Of a stretch of 64,000 nt of DNA, positions 36,652 to 46,938 are shown piece by piece. The number at the start of each line of letters is the position of its first letter. Position 1 is the stretch's first letter. The position numbers and the translations under genes were made by a program. Source of the DNA: Euryarchaeota archaeon UBA462 (GTDB lineage: Archaea > Thermoplasmatota > Poseidoniia > Poseidoniales > Thalassarchaeaceae); the NCBI GenBank assembly GCA_002506755.1, contig DAYD01000018.1:37118-101117 (forward strand). The letters are read 5' to 3'. The notes beneath the pieces are model-generated. The model had not been told where the DNA came from and ran no database searches. It was given only the letters and a program-made list of their open reading frames with translations.

Positions 36652-37641
36652 ATGTTGCAAACTCGGACACTTCAAGTTGTGATGGGCACTCCAGGTGTTG
36701 TGGATTTGCTCCCGCATGACCGATCGGGCCTATTGTGCAAGGATGGAGACTATCTCAGACCAACTTCCCTTTTCCTTGAGTCGATTGACAGATGGACTGC
36801 AGCAATGCTATTTGACGATAAAGCTAGAGGAACTGATGTTGGCAAAGATGTAGAGGGATTGGTATTATCGAAAACCTCAGGCATGGTTTCGGGAATTCCA
36901 GTAATTGAGAGATTAGTAGAGATTCACTTTCCGTATTGTCATCTAAACTGGTTCGTCAAAGAGGGGGAAATGGTATCAAACATGGATAGGGTCCTATCCA
37001 TTCGCGGACCCTCCTCAAGTGTGCTTAGTTGCGAGCGGATACTGCTAAATTTTCTTGGGAGGCTATCGGGAATTTCTAGCCATACCATGAAGTGGGTGAA
37101 GGAATCCTCGGGAATCGCGGTAGCATGTACAAGAAAGACGGCTTGGGGGGTTCTAGACAAATGGGCGGTTCATGTAGGGGGTGGTCTCACTCACCGGCTC
37201 AGCAAACTTGACTCTCCGATGATAAAAGAAAATGATCTAGCTTCATTTGTCCCACCTGTGAATGACCTTGAGTTGGCAGTTAGAATGGCGGTTCGCTCTA
37301 TCGATATCGTTTCAAATTCTTCATTTGCAATAATCGAAGTTAGAAACACTGGGCAGGCATTATCCGCTGCGATCGAATGGTCGGATATTCAATCAAGAGG
37401 TAATGTTAGTGATAGAATTGTATTGTTGCTTGATAACATGGGACCTGATAAGTGTAGAAAGGCTCATGAAAGCTTGCTGAACTCTGGACTAAGAGAAAAT
37501 TGTATTTTGGAGGGTTCAGGTGGAATAGCCAAACGCGATCTTAAGCAATGGATAGGCTCAGGAGTAGACTTGATTTCCACAAGTAAGGTGAATATGGCGG
37601 CTCCAATATTTGATTTTTCTCTCATTATAGGTGATCTATGA
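36652..37641 (+). CDS. nadC: nicotinate-nucleotide pyrophosphorylase (quinolinate phosphoribosyltransferase)
   Basis: ERILLNFLGRLSGISSHT and CTRKTAWG motifs. Confidence 0.8.
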   Translation: MLQTRTLQVVMGTPGVVDLLPHDRSGLLCKDGDYLRPTSLFLESIDRWTAAMLFDDKARGTDVGKDVEGLVLSKTSGMVSGIPVIERLVEIHFPYCHLNWFVKEGEMVSNMDRVLSIRGPSSSVLSCERILLNFLGRLSGISSHTMKWVKESSGIAVACTRKTAWGVLDKWAVHVGGGLTHRLSKLDSPMIKENDLASFVPPVNDLELAVRMAVRSIDIVSNSSFAIIEVRNTGQALSAAIEWSDIQSRGNVSDRIVLLLDNMGPDKCRKAHESLLNSGLRENCILEGSGGIAKRDLKQWIGSGVDLISTSKVNMAAPIFDFSLIIGDL

Positions 37642-38426
37642 TGGTTGAGATTCCCGATAGCCATCCTCGTAAACACTCTCTTATGTCGAGGCAAAGAATA
37701 GTAGATGGGTTGGCAAAAGGAATTCTAGCTGATTCTGCGATGATTGCCCATGGTAGAGGAGAAGCATTCGATTATCTGTTGGGAGAGAAAACCACAGACT
37801 CTGCGAGATTGGCAATAGAAGAGGCTGCTAGAAGATTGAAGCGCGCTAAAAAACCAGTTATCTCGGTAAATGGGAATACAGTAGTTCTAGCCGGTAAGGA
37901 GCTAATTAGAGTAGCTGCTGTTTTGTCTTGCCCAATAGAGGTGAACCTCTATTACAGGACTCCAGAGAGAGTAAACGGACTTCTGTCTATATTGTCTAGT
38001 GACAAAAAAGACGTTGCGAGGGAGCTAAAACCGGAAGGATTCGATAGAGAGTGGGTAGCAGCAGTCGAGTCTGTTGAGCTACTTGGGGAGAATCCCGATG
38101 CGCAAATTGAAGGTCTTGAAGGTCCTAGGTCGCTATGTACTAGCAATGGAATTGGCGAATGTGACACCATTCTTGTTCCTCTAGAAGATGGGGATAGATG
38201 CGAAGCATTAGTTATGTCCGGAAAGGAGGTAATTGTTGTTGATTTGAACCCACTTTCTAGGAGTTCTATTGGGGCAACGGTCACAATCGTCGATGAGATA
38301 TCTAGAGCGGCTGATATTTTGCTCAAAGAAATTCTGAGTGATGGGGAAAATAGTGGTAAATGGGACAACAATGAGGTGATTAGGAGAGCTTTGTCTACGA
38401 TCGCCGATTCTATGAACACAATTTAG
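37638..38426 (+). CDS. 4-phosphopantoate--beta-alanine ligase (archaeal phosphopantothenate synthetase, COG1701-like)
   Basis: The AHGRGEAFDYLLGEKT motif and the protein size. There is a 4-nt start/stop overlap with nadC. Confidence 0.75.
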   Translation: MMVEIPDSHPRKHSLMSRQRIVDGLAKGILADSAMIAHGRGEAFDYLLGEKTTDSARLAIEEAARRLKRAKKPVISVNGNTVVLAGKELIRVAAVLSCPIEVNLYYRTPERVNGLLSILSSDKKDVARELKPEGFDREWVAAVESVELLGENPDAQIEGLEGPRSLCTSNGIGECDTILVPLEDGDRCEALVMSGKEVIVVDLNPLSRSSIGATVTIVDEISRAADILLKEILSDGENSGKWDNNEVIRRALSTIADSMNTI

Positions 38427-39610
38427 GAGGAGATTTCTTCCAGGATACCCCTACAACTCTGAGCAATCGCACTTCCAACTTGGGTGGTGGATGCTTGCCC
38501 CCCTAAATCGTAAGTGACTGGAGCCCCAGATGACAGATGTTCGGATATCGCCCTCTCTAAAACCTCAGAACAAAGTATTGCTTCATCATCATTGTTTCTG
38601 GACCCCAAACTTTCGAACATTAACTGAGTAGAGGAAAGGGCGGCAATTGGATTGACTTTGTTTTTACCGGCATACTTGGGGCTTGATCCATGCACAGGTT
38701 CGAAAAGCATGTGGTTGTCACCTATGTTCGCACTCGCGGCCATTCCCATTCCTCCTTGCAAAACAGAAGCAAGGTCTGTGGCGATATCTCCAAACATGTT
38801 AGGAAGAACTACCACGTCCAGATCTTCTGGATTCCTGACTAGCCACATGGAAAAGGCATCAATGAAGGCCTCGTTTGTTTCCATATTTTCATTTTCGGAA
38901 GCTACCTCTCTGAATACTTCCCTAAACAAGCGACACCCTCTGGTGACATTGCTTTTGTCTACACAAGTGACCTTTTGTGAAACTCCCTTTCTACTTTCAC
39001 GACGCTTTGCGATATCAAATGCGAATCGGATAACTCTCTCGCTGCCATTTCTCGAAATAGGTCTAGCATCCCATTCGACCTGCCCGTTCAGCCCCGGAAA
39101 TTTGTCGATTATTATGGGCTTGTCCTTTTGTCCTCCTTGAGCTGCAAGGGCTGATCTCCGAAGAAGAGCATGGTATAGGCCTTCGGTATTCTCTCGGATG
39201 ATTACCATGTCGACCAATTCGTGATTCCAAATGTCTCTGAATCCTCCGTGGACCTTGTGATTAACACCATTGTAGAGCTTGACTGGCCTAACGTTTGCGT
39301 ATAGATCAAGACCTGATCTAAGACCCAATAGGACTTGCCCTCCTGCAATGTCCCCGTTCGGAAGTTTTGCACCCGGCCAACCTACTGCCCCCACAATTAT
39401 TGCGTCTGTATTATCTCTGCAGTGCTCGAATGATCCCGCTGGCCATTCTTCGCCCGTTTCGAGAAAGTGTTGCCCCCCACACGGAATCTCGTTGATTTCA
39501 AAGGAAATAGGGCCATATTCTTGGAAAACAGTGAGTACTCGCTTTACTTCTTCAACAACTTCGCGACCAGTTCCATCGCCGGGTAGTAGCGTGACCCTAT
39601 ACGTCGCCAT
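38423..39610 (-). CDS. isocitrate/3-isopropylmalate/tartrate dehydrogenase-family oxidative decarboxylase
   Basis: LLPGDGTGREV and NMFGDIATDLASVLQGGMGMAASANIG motifs. I cannot resolve the substrate from the sequence. Confidence 0.8.
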   Translation of the reverse strand: MATYRVTLLPGDGTGREVVEEVKRVLTVFQEYGPISFEINEIPCGGQHFLETGEEWPAGSFEHCRDNTDAIIVGAVGWPGAKLPNGDIAGGQVLLGLRSGLDLYANVRPVKLYNGVNHKVHGGFRDIWNHELVDMVIIRENTEGLYHALLRRSALAAQGGQKDKPIIIDKFPGLNGQVEWDARPISRNGSERVIRFAFDIAKRRESRKGVSQKVTCVDKSNVTRGCRLFREVFREVASENENMETNEAFIDAFSMWLVRNPEDLDVVVLPNMFGDIATDLASVLQGGMGMAASANIGDNHMLFEPVHGSSPKYAGKNKVNPIAALSSTQLMFESLGSRNNDDEAILCSEVLERAISEHLSSGAPVTYDLGGQASTTQVGSAIAQSCRGILEEISS

Positions 39611-39707
39611 AGACCCTTGCAGTAACCTTTCCTACATCAATCCGACCCTAAAAATTTCTAGATTATAATAGGAGATAATTGATAGACGGTCAAGAGGAGA
39701 GCGCCGC

Positions 39708-40310
39708 ATGGACAATGATCCTGAGGAAAATGCAAGTGGGCCAAGAATAGACGTCCGAAATCTACCGGAATCTGTTTCACATCTCTGGGAGGCTATGCTT
39801 AGACAAAATCCTAGTTGGGATCTTGCCAAGTGGCTTGACGAGAGGGCTAGCGAAGAGTTAGAACTCCTGGAATCACATCTAGGAAGAGAGAGGCTAAGAA
39901 CAGAGCAGAGGCTGCACCGAATTGAGAATCTATCAAAGCAAATGAAGAGGAGGAGGGAAAACTCAAGACTTGCTCACACCAAAGACCCAAATCAAAAAAA
40001 TTTGTTTGATGTTTACAGCCTTTCTGATAATGAGAAGCCAAAGGCCTCTGGTCATGAAACTGAGCCGCTCATAGATCTAGGTAGCCTTTCTGCTGATGAT
40101 GATCCGCTCCTAGCATACGTAAGTCAAAAAATACTCATGGCTATTGAGGACTCTAATCTTCTCGGAGAGGGTCTTCATTTTGATGATATTTTACGACTAC
40201 TGCAGTCACCAGTTATCACTTCAGATGATATTGACGAGTCGATAGGTTGGTTACTTCAGAAAAGAGAAATTGTGGAAATTGAGAGAGACGTTTTCATAAT
40301 AGACGGATGA
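39708..40310 (+). CDS. hypothetical protein (acidic N-terminus, coiled coil, C-terminal winged-helix-like segment)
   Basis: 200-aa ORF with protein-like composition and no recognisable catalytic motif. Confidence 0.5.
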   Translation: MDNDPEENASGPRIDVRNLPESVSHLWEAMLRQNPSWDLAKWLDERASEELELLESHLGRERLRTEQRLHRIENLSKQMKRRRENSRLAHTKDPNQKNLFDVYSLSDNEKPKASGHETEPLIDLGSLSADDDPLLAYVSQKILMAIEDSNLLGEGLHFDDILRLLQSPVITSDDIDESIGWLLQKREIVEIERDVFIIDG

Positions 40311-40381
40311 TTATTTTTTTCTGAATTATCATCATCTCAATACAACCCTTCAAAGATTAAGAGCATGTCGGGTTGTATACT

Positions 40382-42343
40382 ATGGTCAGTGAAACTTCCG
40401 GTTGGTATGCTAGACTCGATCATGAGTGTCCTGACAGGACTCAACAGATTTCAATTTGGTTAGAATCATGGATGGCTGCAACAAAAAATAAGCAACCAAT
40501 AGCCGCTAACCTTCCTCTTGGATGGCCAACTCTTCCCGCTGGACTTCTAAGCAATCCTGGGACTGTCCTTGACCATTTGCTTGCAAGATTTGAGGCCGAA
40601 AGCGATGGTCGTTCCCCACGAGGGGTTTATGCTACCCCAGCTAAATTCGTGGATGCTATTCTCTATGACGAGTTGCGCCATGGTAGAAATACAAAGAGGG
40701 AACCGCCAGCAACTCTTTCGCTAGCAGCACTTCCTCCAAGTTTCCGTGCCTTTGCAAAGCAGATAAACGAGGATATTCGTCACGACGACACAGACTCTCA
40801 AAGGGATCACGATTCCTCCACTAACAAAACCAAATCCGGAATTCCGCTTCCGTTCGCAGATCCCTGTGTGGGCGGTGGACTGTTTGCTGAAAGAATGCTC
40901 AGGATTCATTCCGAAAGAATGTCCGGTTCAACTCCAAAGGAAAGGAGAGATGACACCCTACGACTGCTAGAAGGATTGCAACTGGTTGATTCATCTGAAA
41001 TTGCGGTAGATAGCGCCAGGAGGAGATTGATCATAGTTCTGGCTAGACTTGGGCTCGTGGATTTAGATGGGGATGGGGATCAAGGTAAGATAGGTCGTAG
41101 CGAAGCAGAAATGATTATCGAAAGCAACGTTCGATGTGGAGATCCTCTAAGAGGGGAATGGCCATGGAATGAAAGGCCGGAGCTTCTGATTACAAGGCCT
41201 CCATGGCTCAGAATAAAGGATCGGTTCAGAGGGCATCCTGAGGGAAGCAGAATGAGGAAAAAGTTGTCAAAGGAGCTTCGACAATTTACAGGACCTAATG
41301 GAAAACCAAGGTTCTCCGCAATCAGGGGAAACGTTAACCTATATCGCCTGTACATAGAGAGATCTCTTCAAATAACTAAACAAGGTGGAAGGGTTAGACT
41401 AGTTGTTCCTGACTCTGTGTTGAGAGAGAAGAGTAGTGTTCCGCTAAGGAAGTTAATGGTCCAAAGCAACGAATGGGACTCTGTTTGGTCTTTCCCCGAA
41501 AACAACAAGCTTCTTTTTGGCGGCTCACAAGGAGTTTCTGTCCTTGGAATTACAGTTAAGGGTTCAACTGATGTTCTGACGAGCTTTGGTCCACTTACAA
41601 CGGGGGACATTGTAGAGGGAAGGGGATTGTCGACATCGGCTCCTTTCTTGAAATTAGAGAGAGGTCCATGGTCCTCTTGGACAGACACGACATGGGCAGT
41701 TCCGAAAATGCCAAGAGCAGAAATGGATCGAAATAGGACCCTATCTGCTATAGACTCGTTGTCGGACAAACCTAGATTGGTCGAAGAAGGAACTTGGCTG
41801 AACCCCAATGGGAGAGCAATTAAGGTCAAGGTGGGGGAAGTTGATCGATCCTCATGGTCAAGAAACATAGAGGATTGGTCTGAAGAACAAGACTTGATTC
41901 CATTCATCAGAGCTGCTCATATTGTTTTTGTTGATGGTCGAGCATCCCTTGTTCATCCTGCCTTTGACTCGGGGGTTCACGGGCATCCAAATTGTAGACA
42001 GGCTGGTTGGCGCGGTTCCAGAACGATGGCTGGGCCAGCCAGAATTGCCTGCCAAGCAATAGTGAACCCGCAAGTAGAAAGAAGGCTTGTTTGGGTGGTA
42101 ATCCCATCAGGTTGTGTATTGGGTAATTCGGTCAGCTTCCTAGATTTACCCGAACAAGTAATTACTAGGCTAGAGGAAGATTTCGTATCTCTTGAAGAGG
42201 GTTTAGAATTTCTTGCTGGAAGATTAAACTCTGATGAGTTGGATCTTTGGTCAAAAGCTTGGGCTGCAAATAATAACGTGAACAACTACGAAATAGAGAT
42301 GCTTCCTTTTGATGCAAACGATATTTCTCGGTTTACGGATTGA
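40382..42343 (+). CDS. gamma-class N6-adenine DNA methyltransferase-like protein with non-canonical motif IV (RPPW)
   Basis: GVYATPAKFVDAIL. Motif I is FADPCVGGGLF (nt 40853-40885). Motif IV is LLITRPPW (R = AGG at 41195-41197). NLYRLYIERSLQITKQGGRVRLVVPDS follows, then a C-terminal region of about 300 aa that resembles a target-recognition domain. The longest ORF starts at TTG 40373. Confidence 0.65.
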   Translation: MVSETSGWYARLDHECPDRTQQISIWLESWMAATKNKQPIAANLPLGWPTLPAGLLSNPGTVLDHLLARFEAESDGRSPRGVYATPAKFVDAILYDELRHGRNTKREPPATLSLAALPPSFRAFAKQINEDIRHDDTDSQRDHDSSTNKTKSGIPLPFADPCVGGGLFAERMLRIHSERMSGSTPKERRDDTLRLLEGLQLVDSSEIAVDSARRRLIIVLARLGLVDLDGDGDQGKIGRSEAEMIIESNVRCGDPLRGEWPWNERPELLITRPPWLRIKDRFRGHPEGSRMRKKLSKELRQFTGPNGKPRFSAIRGNVNLYRLYIERSLQITKQGGRVRLVVPDSVLREKSSVPLRKLMVQSNEWDSVWSFPENNKLLFGGSQGVSVLGITVKGSTDVLTSFGPLTTGDIVEGRGLSTSAPFLKLERGPWSSWTDTTWAVPKMPRAEMDRNRTLSAIDSLSDKPRLVEEGTWLNPNGRAIKVKVGEVDRSSWSRNIEDWSEEQDLIPFIRAAHIVFVDGRASLVHPAFDSGVHGHPNCRQAGWRGSRTMAGPARIACQAIVNPQVERRLVWVVIPSGCVLGNSVSFLDLPEQVITRLEEDFVSLEEGLEFLAGRLNSDELDLWSKAWAANNNVNNYEIEMLPFDANDISRFTD

Positions 42344-42480
42344 TGAAAAAAGAAAACAGTATTATCAACCGTTTACTTCTAATTTCCCATTTCCGGAATT
42401 AGGACAATGGAAGAATGGATTAATATCCTTGGTTTGTGTACGATGGGTATTACCACATAGGGATTTGAGCTGGGAGAGAT

Positions 42481-43059
42481 ATGGGAATTAATCCAAAGAT
42501 TGGGATAACAGGCCTCCCTAGATCTGGGAAGTCAGCGGTGCTTCAGAAGGTGGTTGACATGATTACCGAGGAAGGAGGTGGAGCAAGGAGGACAAAGGGG
42601 CCATCTCCTCCGGAGCATATCGTAGGTGGTGTGAGATCAGAACCGGTAATTGAAAACGGGGAAAGAGTTGGGTATGCATGCGTAAATATCTTGACGGGGG
42701 AAAAGGGAGTAATGGCTCACAAGGAAATAGACTCCAGAAATAGAGTTCTAGGATTCGGGATAGACCCCAGTGAGATAGAGAGAGTTGGTGTCCCTGCAAT
42801 AATGGATAGCGTAGGAAACTGCGAGATTCTTGTTATAGACGAAGTTGGAAAGTTCACTGTGGAGAGTGAAGGATTCGTGAATGCGGTAAGATTAGCATTG
42901 AATCATGATATGCCTACGCTTTTGACGCTACACAAGAAGAGTAGGCACCCACTATTGCAGGACATAAGAAGGAGAGACGATGCAAGAATTCTAGAGGTTA
43001 CTCCAGTCAATCGATCTCTGCTTCCTTACAAAATCCATAAACTAATCCAAGAGTTCTGA
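42481..43059 (+). CDS. nucleoside-triphosphatase THEP1 family (COG1618)
   Basis: Walker A GITGLPRSGKS and Walker B ILVIDEVGKF, in a 192-aa protein. Confidence 0.75.
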   Translation: MGINPKIGITGLPRSGKSAVLQKVVDMITEEGGGARRTKGPSPPEHIVGGVRSEPVIENGERVGYACVNILTGEKGVMAHKEIDSRNRVLGFGIDPSEIERVGVPAIMDSVGNCEILVIDEVGKFTVESEGFVNAVRLALNHDMPTLLTLHKKSRHPLLQDIRRRDDARILEVTPVNRSLLPYKIHKLIQEF

Positions 43060-43105
43060 CCTAATTTTCGGTCAAGTTGATTCATGACTGCACTCCCGTA
43101 GTGGC

Positions 43106-43459
43106 ATGGAATCCTCGGCACACAGGATGCGTAGGGCGCTTGTTGGTTTTGGGCTGAGCTTGGTAGTCGCGGTTTGTATTGCCATGCTCGACGAATCAAA
43201 TGGGTGGATGAGTGGTTTTCTATGGGTTATTCCTACTTCTCTATTTTTTATTTCATTTGTTCTAATTTTGATTCTATCGGGAGGTGGAGATAGGTATCAC
43301 GGGAATTGGATTTCAGACTCATGGATGAGCAGAGAGACTGAAGGAAAAATGAGAGATAGGCTTGAGAAAGAAAGGGAAGAGGCTAACTTGGAAGGTCTTG
43401 GCTCAAACTGGGCAAAGATGGAAATGAGGCACTTGGAGTCTAAGCACAGCGAGGAGTAG
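43106..43459 (+). CDS. small membrane protein, unknown function
   Basis: Two to three TM helices followed by a charged C-terminal tail. Confidence 0.45.
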   Translation: MESSAHRMRRALVGFGLSLVVAVCIAMLDESNGWMSGFLWVIPTSLFFISFVLILILSGGGDRYHGNWISDSWMSRETEGKMRDRLEKEREEANLEGLGSNWAKMEMRHLESKHSEE

Positions 43460-43509
43460 CAAGCGAAACCTTGACCCCCTCCTGCCCTCTCAGGTGGACC
43501 GGTGGAAGC

Positions 43510-43893
43510 ATGGGAGAAGTGCCTGACGATCTAAGATATACTGCGGAACACGAATGGGTGAGGGAGGAGGGTGAAGAAGTCACTATCGGTATAACCGATT
43601 TCGCGCAAAATGCTCTTACCGAAGTAGTCTGGGTTGAGCTTCCCGAAATTGGTTCGAATGTAGAGGAGATGGAGGCTTTCGCGAGTGTCGAGTCAGTCAA
43701 ATCGGTCAGTGAAATTTACGCCCCTGTAGCTGGTTCAGTATCGAACATCAACCAATCGTTGGAAGAATCCCCCGAGAAAATTAACGAAGATCCGTATGGT
43801 TCGGGATGGATATGCAAAATCACCGTTCATGGTGGTTTGAATCCGGATATTCTGCTCGATGCGGCGAGCTACTCCGCATTGATAGAGGACTGA
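43510..43893 (+). CDS. gcvH: glycine cleavage system protein H
   Basis: YTAEHEWV and the lipoyl-lysine motif VESVKSVSEIYAP. I chose the start at ATG 43510. Confidence 0.9.
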   Translation: MGEVPDDLRYTAEHEWVREEGEEVTIGITDFAQNALTEVVWVELPEIGSNVEEMEAFASVESVKSVSEIYAPVAGSVSNINQSLEESPEKINEDPYGSGWICKITVHGGLNPDILLDAASYSALIED

Positions 43894-43895
43894 GG

Positions 43896-44438
43896 ATGAA
43901 TTATTCCGATGAGGTACACGTGTACGTAGACGGTTCATGCGCTGAAAATCGAAACGTCGACTCGGAAACTCGTGCTGGATGGGGGCTATGCGTAATTGAA
44001 GGAGATTCTTCTTCTTCTGGTAAAGGCATGGGTAATCTGGTATTCGAATCTAATGGGTTAGTAGTTACCAGTCCCACTAAGGAAGGTTATCTAGGAGCTA
44101 ATGTCGGATCAAATAACACCGCTGAGCTTTCAGCTGTGGCACATGCACTCAGATGGGTTTTGGGAAATGCCCAGATCGTATCAATCACAATTAGAAGTGA
44201 CTCTAATTACGCATTAAAGATCGCCTCGGGGGAGTGGAAAGCAAAAGCTAACCTAGGGCTATCGACTAAAGTCAGATCATTATGGGATGAAGTAAGCGAA
44301 CTAATTGCACTAAAAGGAGAACACGTTCCTGCTCACAGTGGGCACCGGTGGAATGAACGTGCAGATCATTTGGCGTTTAGAGCAATGCAAGGAGAAAGGG
44401 CTCTGCCTCTACAATTCTGGAAACCAGGACAAAGGTAG
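43896..44438 (+). CDS. rnhA: ribonuclease HI
   Basis: VYVDGSC, NNTAELSAV, IRSDSNY and NERADHLA carry the DEDD residues. The ATG at 43896 lies 2 nt after the gcvH stop. Confidence 0.85.
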   Translation: MNYSDEVHVYVDGSCAENRNVDSETRAGWGLCVIEGDSSSSGKGMGNLVFESNGLVVTSPTKEGYLGANVGSNNTAELSAVAHALRWVLGNAQIVSITIRSDSNYALKIASGEWKAKANLGLSTKVRSLWDEVSELIALKGEHVPAHSGHRWNERADHLAFRAMQGERALPLQFWKPGQR

Positions 44439-44852
44439 TCATTCCTCCTTCAATGGGCCAATGCTAAGCATCACATACACGGCTTGTAGCAGCATCAGTA
44501 GTCCAATCAAGCTTATCACAAGCCCCGTAGGATTAGGTAGATTTGCCTGTAAAGGGTTACCAGCGATCCAAGCTATTGCTAGGACAATGATAGAAAATAA
44601 AAATTCCTTTCGAGCCGATCGATGAGGATCCTCCCAAAGATCTGTCCATGGAATTAGACCTTGTCTCTTAAATGTGAATCTGTACCAAGCAACATAACCA
44701 AAACATAGGCCACATAAACCGATTAGCCCTCTGGAGAAGCTCCCATCTTCCCATGGACCATCGGGTGCAATTCCAATTAGCAAAGAGTCTGTAATTAGCA
44801 GGCATGCCGCTCCGGCAAAGTACCTCCATTCGGGTTCTTCATCCCCTTTCAC
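44439..44852 (-). CDS. membrane protein, unknown function
   Basis: 137 aa with about four TM helices. Confidence 0.45.
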   Translation of the reverse strand: MKGDEEPEWRYFAGAACLLITDSLLIGIAPDGPWEDGSFSRGLIGLCGLCFGYVAWYRFTFKRQGLIPWTDLWEDPHRSARKEFLFSIIVLAIAWIAGNPLQANLPNPTGLVISLIGLLMLLQAVYVMLSIGPLKEE

Positions 44853-44912
44853 AGTGGGACGGGGGAGAAGCGTAGTAATGATGTATTGCTATCTTCTGGC
44901 ATTGAATAGAAT

Positions 44913-45860
44913 ATGCACGCAGTGAATTTCTCCGATGTTCAATCGGCAGCATCAAGAATTGAAGGGATAATCGCCAGAACACCAGTAGTAAACTCCACTG
45001 AAATAGACAAATTAGCTGGAAGAACAGTTTACATGAAGTGTGAAAATCTTCAACATATTGGTGCCTTCAAGTTCAGAGGAGCCACGAATGCGATCCAACT
45101 TATGGGGCAGGAGGCTGAGAATGGAATCTGCACACATAGTAGTGGGAACCATGGTCAGGCAGTTGCTCTAGCTGCAAAACAGAGAGGAGTCCCATCTTAC
45201 ATCGTTATGCCTGAGAATGCGCCCAGAATCAAAGTTGAGGGGGTTGCCAGTCATGGGGCTGAGGTGATACTCTGCGAGCCAAATCTAGCTGCTAGGATTT
45301 CAACCGCAAAATCTGTTCTGGATAGAACTGGAGCAGTGTTCATACATCCTTTCGACAATCCAAACGTAATAGCCGGACAAGGTACTGCAGCAAAGGAGAT
45401 GATCGAAGAATGTGGTGGTTTAGACGCGATTCTTTGTCCTATAGGGGGTGGAGGTTTGATGTCAGGAACCAGTATCTCCACTAAAGCAATGCTTCCTAAT
45501 GCAAGGATATTTGGAACAGAACCTGTAGGAGCAGATGATGCCGCTAGGTCACTTGAAGCAGGGAGCTTCTTCCCCCAGACAGGGCCAAACACAATCTGTG
45601 ATGGGCTTCTGACTAGTATGGGAGAGCTTACTTGGCCAATCATCAGAGATCACGTCGAGAAAATCGTACGTGTGCCTGATGAGGAAGTTCTGGAGGCGAT
45701 GACTCTGATCCACAATATATTCGGTATGGTCGTAGAACCAAGCGGAGCAATATCACTTGCCGCTGTTTTGAGAGGGGATTTCAAAAACCTAACAGGAATT
45801 GAAACGATTGGTATCATCCTTTGTGGGGGTAATGTTGATCCTGAAAAATTACCTTTCTGA
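44913..45860 (+). CDS. PLP-dependent serine/threonine dehydratase (threonine ammonia-lyase/serine racemase family)
   Basis: ENLQHIGAFKFRGA (PLP lysine), HSSGNHGQA and the GGGGL loop. Confidence 0.85.
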   Translation: MHAVNFSDVQSAASRIEGIIARTPVVNSTEIDKLAGRTVYMKCENLQHIGAFKFRGATNAIQLMGQEAENGICTHSSGNHGQAVALAAKQRGVPSYIVMPENAPRIKVEGVASHGAEVILCEPNLAARISTAKSVLDRTGAVFIHPFDNPNVIAGQGTAAKEMIEECGGLDAILCPIGGGGLMSGTSISTKAMLPNARIFGTEPVGADDAARSLEAGSFFPQTGPNTICDGLLTSMGELTWPIIRDHVEKIVRVPDEEVLEAMTLIHNIFGMVVEPSGAISLAAVLRGDFKNLTGIETIGIILCGGNVDPEKLPF

Positions 45861-45911
45861 GTTTCGTTTAGATTCGTAATTATTTTACCCCGAGTTTGAA
45901 TCTCGAGGGTT

Positions 45912-46928
45912 ATGGGAATCTTGAGAATTAAATCAATGCCTGCTGCCTTGCTTCTATCTTTCACTGCTCTAGTGACATTTGTATACGCACTGAACTTCAT
46001 GTTTTTCGCTGACTGCTACGTGACAGGAGCAGCTGGTGATTGCTTCACGATACTATCGAATGACACTACCGCATCCAGCAATTCCTATGGAAATGGTGGG
46101 CCTGAGACTGCTTTCAACGGAGTTCTGATGTTTGGTATCTTCATCTCTACTGCAATCATCCTAAACGAGGGAGCTAGGGGGAAGTGGACAATAATGATAC
46201 CAGTGATTATCGGTCTTGCAACGATGACTGCAATGCTCTGGATCCACTGGGGAGATAGTTTGGACTCATCAGAGACTCCTAAATTCGTTACTCCAGTTGT
46301 TCTATTAGCATACATTGGTGCTTACTGGCTATTGATGAATGAGGATGAAGTAAACGAAGGGCTCTCAGATTTCTCTCCCGGACTAAAAATAAAGGACACC
46401 CCTGCCCTAATTGCACTAGTTCTACTTATTGTGATGGGATTGTATTACTGTTTTAGAGCGCTCCTTGATCCGGAATCTGTAGTAGAACTTGTTGAGGGCG
46501 GAGAAGCTGCTGATGGCAACGGGGCGCCATCGGCTGTAACAGTCTCAGTGGGGGGTAGTCTGTTTCTTGTATACCTTCTTTGGACTATTCTTACAGTAGT
46601 GGATGGTCCGAGTGGAAAGTGGTCTGTAATCCATCCAGGAATTTTCTTCACTCTTGCTGCTACTATCCAGAGTTATGTCTCTTACGTTGATGATGAAGCA
46701 AGAAGGGCGATTACAGATCAAACAATCCAAGATGCTGTGGCGGGGCCGCTTGCTCTGCTGCTAATCCTATTTGCCTACTACAGACTAAGACCCGAGGGGA
46801 TTGAGGACGGCATGACTTATGCTGGGGAAGAGTGGGAAAATAAGGCTGAGGACTTCAATGTCATGGTTATAACATTCGCAATCATATTGGGTCTATTGTT
46901 TACCCTTAACGCAGTTATGAATATTTGA
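45912..46928 (+). CDS. polytopic membrane protein, unknown function
   Basis: 338 aa with about nine hydrophobic helices. Confidence 0.5.
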   Translation: MGILRIKSMPAALLLSFTALVTFVYALNFMFFADCYVTGAAGDCFTILSNDTTASSNSYGNGGPETAFNGVLMFGIFISTAIILNEGARGKWTIMIPVIIGLATMTAMLWIHWGDSLDSSETPKFVTPVVLLAYIGAYWLLMNEDEVNEGLSDFSPGLKIKDTPALIALVLLIVMGLYYCFRALLDPESVVELVEGGEAADGNGAPSAVTVSVGGSLFLVYLLWTILTVVDGPSGKWSVIHPGIFFTLAATIQSYVSYVDDEARRAITDQTIQDAVAGPLALLLILFAYYRLRPEGIEDGMTYAGEEWENKAEDFNVMVITFAIILGLLFTLNAVMNI

Positions 46929-46938
46929 TGCTTTATTG

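Noticed and set aside
41368-41907. Long antisense ORFs. This 179-aa ORF is one example. Others are 21282..21848, 12215..12622, 5344..5967, 35728..36168 and 37952..38419.
   Set aside because: Each lies entirely inside a well-supported gene on the opposite strand and translates to Ser/Pro/Leu-rich low-complexity sequence. These are shadow ORFs.
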